Shown here in pieces: positions 12,548 through 25,700 of a stretch of 64,000 nucleotides of DNA (the stretch's first letter is position 1; each line of letters opens with the position of its first letter). The DNA is taken from the NCBI GenBank assembly GCA_965235115.1, contig OZ249441.1, forward strand, positions 27,714,001 through 27,778,000, given 5' to 3'. The DNA comes from Laetmonice hystrix. Lineage: Eukaryota. Under the pieces are notes generated by a model that worked only from the letters and a program-made list of their open reading frames with translations, had not been told where the DNA came from and ran no database searches. The translations under genes and the position numbers were made by a program.

Positions 12548-15500
12548 ACACACCAGATGGGCAATGGACACGCCCTCATTCCATGAGTTGGAGCCTGCAG
12601 CCAACAACCGGTCACAAAGGTTTCGCATTCCTGATACTTTCTGCTATTGAAGGCCAAGGGCCTGTAATAAGCTGAGTGAGGAATGATGGCCCGTGAAGTA
12701 CTTTTGTTGCTGAAGTTTGCTGACAAAACACCCACAACCGTGTTGAGTTGAATGCCCCTCTCCTGGCCAGGCCGATAATAAGTATGGTTACTGGTCCGAA
12801 TTCCGTTGTAGCAGTTGACGAAGAAAGGCTGGTTGTAAAACGCGTTCTGTCCGGACAAAAATCGCTAACTGATGTTTTCACAAAAGCGAAGTAGCATAAA
12901 GAAAATAATGTTAGGGCTTCTGATTTGTGATGATGGTGCCCATGTTTGGTTTCTCCCCCCCCCCCCCCCCCCCGATGGTTCTGCTCCAGGAAAAGTCTGA
13001 TAGGAGTTGGGAGTTGGTGCCTGGTCATTAATTACATTACTGTTTACCTGTGGCTCCAGAACATGTCACACTCGTTGGAGTTCACGATCATAATTTTTAT
13101 TTTCACAATTACGTAATGGAGACGAGCCTAGAGGAAATAAATGATGTTGTTGTGAAGGTTTGTCGTAAAAGCACCTGTTGTGAGCGGTAAATTGGCAATA
13201 CACCCGTGTCTCTTTAGGCCAACCAGAAAAGGTTTGTGTTTGGCCTGAGGGAGCTTTGATCTGATACCAAATCCAAAAGCCTACCACCGAATGACAGGGT
13301 CTTGTGAAACCTGTGCCGTTTGCAAAGAGTAAAACAAGAAAACTTTATCAATAAGAAACAAAAGTGTGAGCCTGTTTGTGGTTTACGGTGTGGTTCGATT
13401 CTCCAAACATCCTCATCCAAATCATCTTTCCACAACCGCCACACCTGTGTCCCACAGGTGGTAAGGCGATGTCTCACTCCATCCCTCAGAGAGAGAGAGG
13501 ATGATTATTGACGACACGGAGTTAGTGTTGAGGATCCAGTGTTGATGTCGGCATTGATGTACTACCGGAGAAAGGTTCCTGATATCGGGAGAGGAGGATG
13601 GGTGGGCGCTGTGACATTGTCAGAGTCATTAAGTGCAACACATCGGAAACCACGTGGGTGGAATCGGTTTGATGAAAGGAGGCAAGACGAACTGGAGCAG
13701 CACACATAAAGACGTTAGGTCAGAGGTCATTCAACCATACCACTTTGTCCTTTATTCCTTCATTCCGTCGTTCAGTTAAACCTGTGCTTTTCCGAATTCA
13801 TCGGTTTCTTTGGTTTCACCAGAGATCAAGCAGGCGGGTTGAAGATTGACTCGCACACCCAAGCGTGTGACCGATAGTGGTGTGACCGATATGCTTGTAG
13901 AGACTTTAAAACAATAATGCGGGCATCAAAGAATGGATCGATTATGTATTGTCCAATTATCAGGACAAAAATGTTATTGCACAGGTGACCGAGTAGTAAA
14001 CATGCGATAAATTGAACTATAACATAACAATATTTCCAGCTGCATGAACATCCATGTATTTCCTTACGCGGGACTATTATCGTGACTATTATCATTGAAG
14101 TTTTGAAAAAGTAGATTCAAACATATTAAAGGTCGTGTTCGCGACAAACATAGGGGCATACATTTACAGGTGGTTCCCCCCATTTTTGTTTATTGATGTA
14201 TCTAGGCCCTACTTGAAGATCAGGCGGCATTGGCACATAGAGAAGTGAACTCCAAGATGAAAGTTCTAGAGCTTATCTACTCCTCAATGTATGATCTCAC
14301 TCCCAAGGTTGCATGCAGGGTGTCGGTGTGTCATGTCAAACAGACAGAGGAGTTTGGCCATCTCTCCCACAGGACAGACACCCGCCCCCACCCTCCACCC
14401 GCCCCCGCCCGCCCCCGCCCGGCCGGCCGGCCGCCGGGTCCGAGGTGAGGGCGCCCAGGGACCCTGACCCCGCCCGCCCCGGCCGGCCACCCCTCGACCC
14501 CACCACCACCCCACAGACACTACCTATTATTGTCACCGCATTGTCCCCCACCCCTGCTCCTCCTCATCCTCCAGCTATTACCTCCAGGCGCTGTGAGGTA
14601 CGGCAGGAGTTACTAGGTAAAGAGGGCATGACCCACATTTGGCGGCCACAAGAGGTTAGGTGCGTGAGTAGGGGTTGAGGGGTACGGGGGCAGGGGTAGG
14701 GTGAAGTCAGAGTGGGGGTAAGGGCAGTCGTGTCAGATGATTTTTTTCCTACTCCTCATTGATTTTCAATTGAGTGTCAGCGGCGGAGACATGAACACGG
14801 ATGGATGTCGAGTGCAGACCGGGACCGGCCACCACAGATGGCTGGCCTTTAGAGGCACAATTGGTGAACAGGACCTCTCAGTTGAGTAAAGTAAAATAAA
14901 AATATGATATAATTTATAAATAAATATTCCTAGTACGCAGTTATGGAGTTTGGAAAAATGTAAAGGACGATGGTTGTTTTTGGAGTTGCTATAATGAACA
15001 TGCTAATATGTGAAGTGATATTTTTGTTATTGATTGGGGAAACGCTCCAACCCCGGTTTAGGCATACTCAGGCGGGTCGCTGCTGGAGTTAGTGAAATAG
15101 GAGGATCAGTCTCTGTTTGATAGGAGAACTAAGTGAAAGAAAGTAGTTCTCATCTGATATTTCTCATGCTGTGAACACGTCATCGTTATCAAGGACTGCA
15201 GAATCAGCATTCAAATAAAAGGCTTCAAGCGCGATTCAATACATCGCTTTTTTCATGACACTTGACAGCTAGGTGTAGTATTTCCCAGAAGATCGGGTGT
15301 AGCCCACTCCTATAGGGGGTTTCTTCTTTTTTCACACACACACACAAGGTAAACTAAATGGTATCAGATATTGTACAGTTGCTGCGAGAAAAACAATTGG
15401 TGAAAAATGGCTTCCAATTAATTAGGTTACCATTCCCAGTGTATCATTTTTACCAGGGCAGCTCCCCCCCCCCTCCCCCTCCCACCATGAAGAAATTACC

Positions 15501-16673
15501 AGCACCCCCACCCCCTCCCGGTGACCAGAGTCATTCCTGCCCAGCCGGGACATAGCGGGACATGCAAGGTGTTGGTGTTGAGATGGGCAATCAGGGTGGG
15601 CAGTTTGTGTCGTGCGGTGGCAATTAAAGCTAAGTAAGGGCGAGTGTTACAATGGGCCATCCGTACACGCGCGTCTGTCAGGTGTCTGTGTGCACACGCT
15701 GCAGAGGACGTGACGATTGGCGTGTGCAGAGATGAAAAACTCAGATCACGAAGTTCAAAGTGCCTTCCCTTGTTTAATTTGCAGAACGTGTTGTATACAC
15801 CCCAGATAAGCGATCCGACTCATTCGGATGTCACTGGTGTTCTCACTGTAAGCAGTTATAATGGTTGGAAGTATTCATGGCAGGTTTGCGATATCAGAGA
15901 CTGCACCAAAACAACGATATACGACCAATTGACATCATGGGACGGTTTTCAGATGGTCTAATAGTTCGTGAAAGTATCTTCAGCCTGTTTTGGGCTGGAA
16001 ACATAAAGAGTGTGTCCAGGGATATACCAGTTAATTATCAGGATATTATATATCCCGTTCTGTGTTCGTGGAAGAATGTGCCAGGTTTACTGTGTTTTTC
16101 TCTTACCTGCATGGTATACATTACTTCAGTTCAATTACCCTTATCTTTAGATAATCAGACCTACAGAATATTTACATCCAGGAGTATAGAACATTTAGAT
16201 GAGTTGAAATTGGCAAACAAAAAGGGAAATCCCGGACATGCAAAATGTCTATTTCACCGAAACACTTAGTGTGTAATCTGGAGTCAAGGTCATGAGGTGG
16301 TTGTCACGTGACCTGTCCAGGGCCACATAAACAAGTCGATTTATCACCAACCAAAGTGAAGTGATTCGGGCCGCCTGCCCGGCCGGCCGGCCAAGGAGGC
16401 CAGATAACGTGCCGCGACGTCCATATCACACAGATATCATGAATGGAGGAGAGGCGAGCACTTGCAGCCAAGTCATCTTCTCCTCTCTCTCTCTCCTCTC
16501 TTCTCTCCCTCATTTACCTGCTCATCGTTCAGTTACGGCTCCACATGGCCGCGCCAGTTCTCTTCTGGGTCTACAGTGGAATTTTTAAACGATGATAGTG
16601 TTTACAAGATTTCATATCGTCAGTTTGAAGTTTACTGAGCATTATCCCGTAAGCGACTATCTGTGGGGAGAGC

Positions 16674-16939
16674 AATTGAATCGGTGAATTCAATAAGGGA
16701 CCAACTCCATGAGACAACATTTTCTACACGGTGAGTTCGAGAAAGGTCCAACCCTTGGAGTTGGACCTTTCTTGAACTCACCGTGTCAAATACATTAAGA
16801 ATAGCCCCATTTATTGCTGGGAGTTGGGACCTTCTTTCGCACAAACTAAAACTTTGTCACATAAAGAGCCCAAATCATGCAAAACATGACTTTCGAAAGA
16901 GGGTGGCCTTGGGCCCTTATTGAATTCACCGATTCAATT
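16674..16939. mobile_element. MITE-like element with 31-bp terminal inverted repeats and an internal hairpin
   Basis: aattgaatcggtgaattcaataagggaccaa at the left end matches the reverse complement of ttgggcccttattgaattcaccgattcaatt (1 mismatch). AATT at both ends may be a target-site duplication. Second inverted repeat at 16726-16786. Confidence 0.8.
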
Positions 16940-18160
16940 CATAAAGCAAATATTTTAAAAGTTGTTGAAAAGGTTTGCAGTTGGAGCTTAGAACAAGTCA
17001 AAAGTGCTATTATAGTTGGAATTGTTTTGATAAGTGTCCAGGTTTCAGGTCTTCGGCTCTAAGCGGCAGTAATGACGCCGCCGTCCAACATGACGTCAGA
17101 TTACGTTTGTGACGTACACGTAGTCTGTGCAATGACGTATTCTTTACGTCTTTAGAGTGCTCGTAAAATAAGTGATTGAAAGGCTGCATCAAGGATCAAA
17201 GAAAGAGCCGGCATATCACTAGATCGATTTGTAGTTGTGGAGGGAATGAACCACTGATAGTTGTTGAAAAAAGTGATACGACATTACTGCGGGAGGAGGG
17301 AGAATGACACAGAGACCTACTCCACGTGCAGGAAGTCCAGGAAATGGACGGCTGGAGTAGGCCTTGAGGCTGGGTAACTTTCTCTTCGAAACTGTCACAT
17401 GGAGATGTTGTATTGAGGTCCAATAGTATTATGTAGGCATACTTCTGTATAGTTCAAGTATTAGTAAGCACCGTTACTTGGACAGAGCTGCATCATTTCT
17501 GTAGAAACTGGAGCAGCCACACGACCCTATATAGGGTGGTTGACTGTAGATGGCACGGATGTATGGTATTAAATCATCCTTGAAATGACTCCGGGGGACA
17601 AACACGAGAAAGACTCGGTAGAATGAGACAGTAGTACTGATCCCAGTTTCGATGATCTGATCCATGTATAGAACCAGGGTCACGTGAAGCCTACCCGGTA
17701 TTACAATACGTTTCGAGGTGATGAGGAAATGACGTGCATTTTTCGCCAGGCGGCGCTGCCGGCGGCGGCGGGTTCCCCCAACCAATCACATTGTCCCTCA
17801 GTTATACAGTACAATGTCTATGCCAGGCGGTGCGGCAGCGGCGGGCCCAGAAAAGCCAGCCAGCTGTTACATGGCGTTCCAAAGGGTTGTGTAACCCAGA
17901 AAGGCAGATCCGCCTCTTAATGAAAGCAGCTGTAAAGACCGACATGCAACAAATGCGTGATTGGTAAATGAAGAGCAGGGTAGTCAACAAAGCCGGTGGA
18001 GCTCTTAAAGGGGCATTGGTTAGATTGGGGGATTTCAGGCGTATAGCTGTCCTATCAGGCTATGGAGGGTTCTATACCAGTATTCGTATGTAAGTAATAG
18101 AAGTGTTTTGTGACGATTATCCCTCCCTTTAATATGCATGCAGTTGAAATTGTACTTATA

Positions 18161-18342
18161 GATTTGTATTTGGGTTTTACGCCATGGCTACAGCCAGGGT
18201 CATATGAAGGCGATCAGTTTTACTAGTGGAGGAAACTGGAATTTCTCGGGGGGAAAACTACCGACATCACTTACAGCAGGTAACTGACAACCCGTCTCAC
18301 GTCTGGCTCGAAGGGAATTTGAACCCAGAGGTGAGAGGGGTA
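18161..18342 (-). mobile_element. tRNA-derived SINE, copy 1 (5'-truncated)
   Basis: The minus strand has B-box-like GGGTTCAAATTCCC, then the core cagttacctgctg...ggtagtttt...ccagtttcctccactagtaaaactgatcgcc...gaccctggctgt and tail ggcgtaaaacccaaatac. The core is shared with 34528-34720. Confidence 0.7.
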
Positions 18343-19573
18343 CCTACAAAAGTCCCTGATTCTGCTGGTGGGTTGTATAGGTATGCATGCCTAGATGCTC
18401 GACCGTTTTTTTTATAGTTTTATCTTTGGATCTGTTGGTTTATCAGGCAGAGCCATACCAAGGGCGGGGCCTTGGGGTGCGTCTGTGTAGGACTAAAGTG
18501 GCGGCCTGACAGCCTGGGAGAATCACTACTTACTTAAACCCTATATATAGGGTGCCCTATAGAGATGTATGTCATGGGGGATACATGTATGGGGGAAGTT
18601 ACTCAGCAGCAACTTGGAGACCTTTTTCTGTCTGGATAAGGGACAATCCAATGTGTGGGCCGGTTTCTGGTTTAAGGTGACAGACCATACGTGGAAGCCA
18701 GTTCTATAAGAATGTTCTTGTCAGCCTGAATTTTGTATCGATCCTGCCCCCCCCCCCTCTCACAACAACATGGGTTAGGGGACTCTACACGACACCACAC
18801 TAGTTCTAATGTAATCTCTGACACTTGCCCCCCGCCCCCACCGCCCGCCCCTGAAAAAATCGGTTCGGTCACCAACAAATGATAATCTATGAGCATATAG
18901 TGTTTCATACATCATTAATGTGATGCGAAGTCTATTTCTGTTATTCTCAATACATCAATCCCGACCCAGGCAGACAGGAGGTAATTTTTTATTGGTTTTA
19001 TTTGACAGTCTGCCAGCTGTCCTGGAAGGCTCACTGTCCCATGCATGTTTCATCCCGATAAAGAGCATGATTGAACATGTTTAAAATGTGACTAGGAGAC
19101 ACGGAAATGGGGCCAGTTTGTGGCACCCATGTAACATTGAATCACAGTCCGACAACACTCGCATTCAAACCATCGCCCCCCCCCCCCCTGCTGCCGCACA
19201 ATGTAAATTCATTTATTTGAGGTGACAGACACATACAATATTCATTGTTTGTTGGCCCGATAGTGACCAGCCAACGTGACCAGCCAACATAACCAACCGC
19301 CGCCTGATCCGACCACGATGATCGGCAGGTGTGAAAGGAATGTAAGTCGGTCGGACCAGGATTAACTGGGTATGCAGGTCCCAGGTCGTCCACTTCGTGG
19401 TATAAGCCAACAAAATTAAGAAAATACATATGTGTGGATTAGGGTTAAGGTTAGGATTAGTGTTAGGATTATGAATATAGATTAATAAAATACAACATCA
19501 CGGGCTTCAAGGCCGAGAAATGCAAGTCCATCGGACCTGTATTCCAGGGGAACTTGGAAATCTGTTCCACCTG

Positions 19574-19702
19574 GGCCCAGTTCCTAAAAACTTTAGATCT
19601 TGCTTAAATTTACGCTTAATGTTTCCAATTGGAAACAGACCAGCCAATCAGAAGCGTTAAGCTGAAACTTAAGCAAGATCTGAAGTTTTTAGTAACTGGG
19701 CC
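19574..19702. mobile_element. PIF/Harbinger-like MITE, 129 bp, CTG target-site duplication
   Basis: TIRs of about 45 bp (GGCCCAGTTcctaaaaactttagatcttgcttaa... / ...ttaagcaagatctgaagtttttagtAACTGGGCC), CTG on both flanks (19571-73, 19703-05), central palindrome tgtttccaattggaaaca. GGCC ends with CWG duplications are known for some Harbinger families. Confidence 0.8.
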
Positions 19703-22700
19703 CTGGTGTTCATATCGCAGGAGTTAGCAGGCCGAATTTCAGCGCGTGTCGGGGAGTTATCCTCGCCACGAGGCAAATTAGACCCAAATAATCAGTCGGC
19801 ATTGCCGACCAAATTGCATCGTTTTAGATACTTGCCCATGTTGTTTTCAACTGTCAGAGCTCATGACTAAACTGTGGAGGTTATGGATAATTCGCGCGAT
19901 AAATGCTTTTCCAGATGATTATCAAGATAGATTTCTCATGCCGAACAAGGATCTAAGTGGGTGAGAAACGGCGCGGCATGGAAAAAAAATGTGGGTTAAC
20001 AAATACAGGCCAGCGGCTGTGGGCTGGTAGATTATCATGCCATCTGAGACCTGATGTGTTCTAGATGAGAGAGAAAGGTGGGTGATGGGCAACAACGGAA
20101 TGGGTGAAGTTACACTCTTAGCTTGCAAGGAATTCCTCGCATGTCTCCTAAAGTCGTTCCGAATTCCTGTTCTAAGTTCGAAGAAAAAGAGATTTAGTTT
20201 ATCATAATGACCCCTCACCCCTGTTTGCGTCCTCTTCTCACTGCCCTACCTCGCCCCTCGAATGACTTATTTCGGTAAGTGATTTGGAAATTCTGTCTCC
20301 CTTGCAATTTATCAGTATGCGTGCATCTGATTTCAAAGCGCCATAAAAGAGTTGGGGGTCGTTATTCATATTTATGACTTTCCGCTATACTGCAGTCGTG
20401 GTGCACTCAAATTATAACGAAGCATCGTAGTAAGGGGGAAGACGAGCTGTTCTGTGCTTGTCGGTTTCCTAGGCTCCCGTGTAGGGGTTGTTGACATAGA
20501 TTCTGGAGACAGCACAGCAGAGATTTCTGGAAGTGGTCTTTTGGTTAGACGCAGAGGAAGCAGTGACGGTGCTTGGTGTTTTCTGGGTTAATGGTGGGCT
20601 TGCCAAGATGACAGGGCCCTCTGCTGCCAAGGTAAATTGGAGCATTAAAAGAAATTCCATTATTGCCCCAATATGCACACGGCGAAGGGGAGAAAAAAAT
20701 CGTAGGCGATGGTGGAGTGGCGCTGGAATATGACGGGCGGAATACAGGGAAGTGTGGGGGGAGGGTGTCTGCCAGGAGAGTGTTGCCGCCCTGAAGGACT
20801 GGGGGTTACCTCCAGGGTGCAAGTCAGGAGGTAGGGGCTAATGGGGGTCGAGGCGACATTTACTAAGTGTCTTATATTCGCCACTGGAGCGAACTGTGAA
20901 GACCCGCATCCTCACCACAAGACGGCGGGGCGTGTCGGGCCGGGAGAAAGGTGACGGCGGTGGTGCTGACCTCGCACGACCTTGGCCGACCTGGGGCACT
21001 GATCAGAGCCTCTCAGACGGGCACACCACCAACCAAACCGTTGTCAAAGAGGTTTCCGACGTTGTTGGATATTCCGACGTTGTTGGCGGTGAGGAAGGCA
21101 TGGTGAGGGGACAAAATGAGCCGTGATGTACGGTGACCCGTGCTGGTAGGCTGTGGAAAAAACAAACCGTCCTGGCATCGTCACCAGCACGCTTCTCTCG
21201 GCTTAGCGACTTCAGCGGCTAAAAGGTCTCCGCACCGCTGCACCACCTCACCGAGGGATGTCCCTTTTACGGTCTTCTGAGATTTCACTTGAAGTTTTCC
21301 ACGGAAAAGAGCTCTTTCTTTTTCCATGTTAATTTTTGTCATTCTTTGTCTGGGAGTTATCATGATATATTGAGGTTGGACCAATGATATGTATTTTTAT
21401 CGTCACAATGTTTCTGTGAGATCATGTAAATCAATAATTAACAATTGCAAATTGAGATTTGACAGCATGTGTGATGTATTGATGGGGAGTTATAGCGGCG
21501 GACCAGGCAGCATCCAGGACATCATGGTTTGGATTCATAACATTGGAGCAGAATGTATACATTTTTCGTTCAAAATCTGCAAAATTTAAAAAAAACTACG
21601 CCCCTCCCTTTACCTTTGGTGAAAGGCGCAGATTTGGTTTTTCATTAAATGCTGACATGCAGAGAAGTGTTTGGAAAAATTGATTGGAAACATTCATATT
21701 GATTGCTATCCTCGAAATCAATTGTGTGAAGTCCCTATTGACGAGCAGCTGGTTATCCAGCGATGAACGCCAAGCGTAGCCAGTCCCTTGAGTGCAGCTG
21801 TATGAGATAACCACCTGTGTCAGTCATTGCCCGTCAGGGACCCACTATAATAGTTACAGAGTCCTGTGGTAATGGAGGTACTAGCACCCACTAAGCTTCA
21901 GTAATTTGGCAAGAGTCCCAGCCATACAAAATGGGCATTAGCGCCCCAAGACAACCCACCCCCACCACGACCCTTTTCTACCCCATCTTGCCCTTTCCCT
22001 TCAGGTTTCCCACACTGTCAAGTCAAGTATTTAGTTCTAGAGGTCAAATGAGACGGCTGACCAGTACTCAGAGGCTGACCTTCAGCTAGAGATGACCATG
22101 CAGTGACCTCTGTAAACAGTGGACAGAGAGCGAACTGACCTTACCAGACGGCACGGAAAGGCTCCCAAGAGAAAAAATATGAGACGCTGATCTTGAGGAG
22201 GACTGGGAGAGATTCCCACAGGGCGGTAGAGTGTAGTAATCCAAGATTTGTTTCAATTAGTAGTAGAGCTGGCCGATTTGGCTTGACCGCCCTGGGGAGG
22301 TGGGGAGATTTGGGGGAGGATCAGGGGGAAGATCGGGTAGTGAGGGAGTGTGGGTGGGGGGGGGTAGGATACAGTGCTGGCATTGGGTCAGGTGGTAGGC
22401 GGAACGGGGAACCATTACACCTAATACCAGGTGCAGAACTCGGCAAATGGGCAACGGATCGCTACTTCGTTATGAGGGAGACGGGCGGCAAAGAGCAGGG
22501 TTGCCAGATTGGCAAGACAAATTAGGAGGGTTGACACATGGGGGACTGATCTCAGTTAGTTAGGACTGATTGGGAGTTTGGATTCGTTACCAGTCAGGAC
22601 CAATCTGTTGTCGGGTTCCAGTGTAGCGTTGAAGTCGTGTAGATTAGCCTGTACCCCACTGTATCACGTAACCGTCAGATTGGCCCATCTATGACGTCCT

Positions 22701-25700
22701 TTATGCTGACCACCAAAACACAAACATTGAAAGCCTTCCAGCCTAACAGAATTACTGAATAGAAGAGGGAAGTCCTACTTCCCGCCCGATTATTTTACCG
22801 ATGTGACAGTTCGCGGGTCCCATGCTTTCGATTTTCTTGTTGACACGGCATTGGGAGCCGCGGTCCACACTTACAATAGATAAGGTTATTTTCAGTTTAG
22901 CTGTGGGATTATGGAATGATATAACCATTGCCACCTAATTAGGAAAGGTAACGGACGAAAGCGGATAGGTTCTGGCATTTTCTCACAACTGACAGTCTGT
23001 AAAGGGCGGCCATGCAATCGTTTCTCGGTGTGACTAACATTTAATTACCGGGGGTTGTACCCGAGTCTTTTGAAATAGATTCTTTACCCTCGGAAATGTG
23101 TTATTTTTTAAGGGTGCCTCATTAGTGCTATTAGTGCCAGTGCTAACAGGTGCCATGGCATTTACTCTAGCCTCGTTGGGTTGAGGGAGATCTCTGGCAG
23201 TTAAATGTCAGGTGGATACAATGCCAGAAGCACCTGTGTACAAGAGGAACCCTGCTGAGGTGAAGCGCACCCACATCGTTATCATGAAGTAACTGTAAAC
23301 CTGATAACGGAGCCACCATTGGTTATATATGTTGATAGCCAAGTATCAATGCCTATTGTCTGCGGGTGGGGTCGTTTGCGGTGGCAGCAGCAGCTGCATG
23401 GAGCTACCAGGATCTGTTAAAGCCATAGGGGAATGAGATCAGGTTCACAGGGAAGATTACTGGTGGATGCTATTTATATAACTTCCAAGGACTGGCGCTT
23501 CTGGTAGATGACGTTATAGGTTACGTATCATCATGTGGGATGGGGGTGGGGTGGCACGGAAAGCAGAGAGGTAGGTTTCTGGCCAGGGTACCACTCGGCA
23601 TGGTGGTATTATCAAAAGAAGAGTCCCCCCCCCTTCCTCCGGAAATCTTAGCTTACAATGATCGAAACATTGCAGGTCCGTTGCCCGCACTTCCTGTGTG
23701 GGTGTGGTGCTGGAAGTTTTTGTTAGCAGGGGAACAACAAGCTTTCCTTCCTGTTTACCACGTCTTCAACACGACATGGCACGATGGTGTTTGCTGTACA
23801 TGTTTTCATTGTTGCGAGTCGCATCAATGTTTTTCTGTTAAAAGCAAACCAAAAATTCTTGGGAAGGCCTATTGGAGTGCTCACTCTCAGTTGCTCGCTC
23901 TGCGATGGTTTTGGCGCGAGATCGGGCCGCTGACTCTAAGCGTCGGGTCAGTCAAAGCGTCCGTTTGAGACACTAAGCGTGGTGTACTCACAGGTGGCAA
24001 ATCGCCCCAGGTACATGTACAATTTATGTTCCTTTATGGGTAGACAGATCCCGTTGGAAGCGCTGAGTGCTAGCCGTTTTCCTTTGTGGCATGGTTATGG
24101 AACAATAGACCGTCCCCTTCCATCAACAGTGCGTGGCCTACAAACCCAGTGAAAGTACCCCACTTCACTCCGACAGTGGGCCAGTAGGTCACTGACCCCG
24201 AATGACCCCCCCATCAGATGGCGCTCCTCAATGCCATATAGATTCCCCGAAGTAGAGGCGTCAAGATGCGGCGTTCCGGGTTTTATTTACATGTAGCAAA
24301 TAGTATGGCCGTTGGCTTGATTGGTGTAAGAGTGTGGGTGTGAGGCTAGCCGCTGGGCTGCCAGACCCCGCGGCTTTCCGTTTCAGAGACAGTGTCCGCA
24401 AGGTAGCGCTCTGGCGACCTTTCCCAGCATCCCCGGGTCACGTGGCCTAAGGCTGGTGGACGGCCGGACGCACAGACAGACGGACAGGACGTACAGACGG
24501 ACGTAAACCGAATGGTGGCGAGGCGATTGGCCGAGGTCTGGGGTCGTCGCTATCTGTTTGTTCAGCCCGCATTCACGCCCAAATACTGAACGGGCAAACA
24601 TTGAGTTGGACCGAGTTGGGGCGGTGGGGTGGGGTGGGGCGGGGGTGAGGGTGGGGGGTGCGTGGCCTTAGACAACCCCTTGCCACTCACATCCCTTCTG
24701 GGAGCCAGCTGGTTCGGTGAACCGATGACCTTTGAACTCTTTAGGCACGGGTCAGTTCCTGCTAGATAAATAAAGCATGAGGTAGATGTTTTTGAAAGTG
24801 GACGATTAACATATTTCTAACTTTCTCTTCCCGCTTTTTTCGCCCTTAAGTGGTGCATTGTAACGCACATCTGTGACAGGATGGTCAAAAGGACATGTAT
24901 TATGTCAATATCCCTAGTTTTCAACGCTGGGGAATTAAGGGAATTGAAACTCATAGTAGGAGAAAAGAATAGTCATTAACTCGGCTTGATCGCTGAAGAT
25001 TTTCTATAAGGAGCCCATGTATAATTTCAAGGTCATTTATTCGACAAGAGAACCAGATTGGTGCCGTCCTAACCTCGGACAACCCCTAGAATTAGGAATT
25101 AATTGGCGTTATTTGATCAGAAATATGTATCATAGAATGTCAAGCTGATCTAGATGATGCATACTCCTCATGTTTGAGGGTTCTTCGTCGGGAGTAGGAC
25201 GGAAGTTGGACGTGTGACCAGTTGTCCGAGTGTCATCCTCCCCGGAGGGTACGTGTGTCAACCCCAACCCCCATCCGGGCAAGGTGGTTCTCCGCTAGAG
25301 GGTGCTACGATTCCTGTGCCCGCGGTCATCCCCAACCCCCAACCCCCCAACCCCTGCCCTCTTGCCAGAGACATCGTTTGTACTTCCACGCTAGTATACA
25401 TGGTTCACGGTCACTTTACAGGGGTACCACTGCCCTTGACAGGGTTCATTCAAGTGTACTGACCTCCCAATGAACCCTAACCAGCCCGGTCCTACCCCAC
25501 TCCTGATCGGCCGTCGTCGATGCTGATCAAGCTTAGATCAAACATTCATCGATTGAGTCAATATGGCCAGATCCTGGTCGGAATATGCATGGACGTGTTT
25601 GTCAACTGCTCAGATCCCCGCGAGTGACCATGCACTTCGTCTGGAACATCCTCACTCCGAAATGAAGGGAGAACCCGATGTTGACTCTGTACCGTCAGTT

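Noticed and set aside
12640-12760. LLKFADKT as an RT FADD motif
   Set aside because: An isolated short match with weak flanking support.
15865-16269. 134-aa ORF with DIRPIDI as an RT RPI motif
   Set aside because: No further RT motifs; insufficient support.
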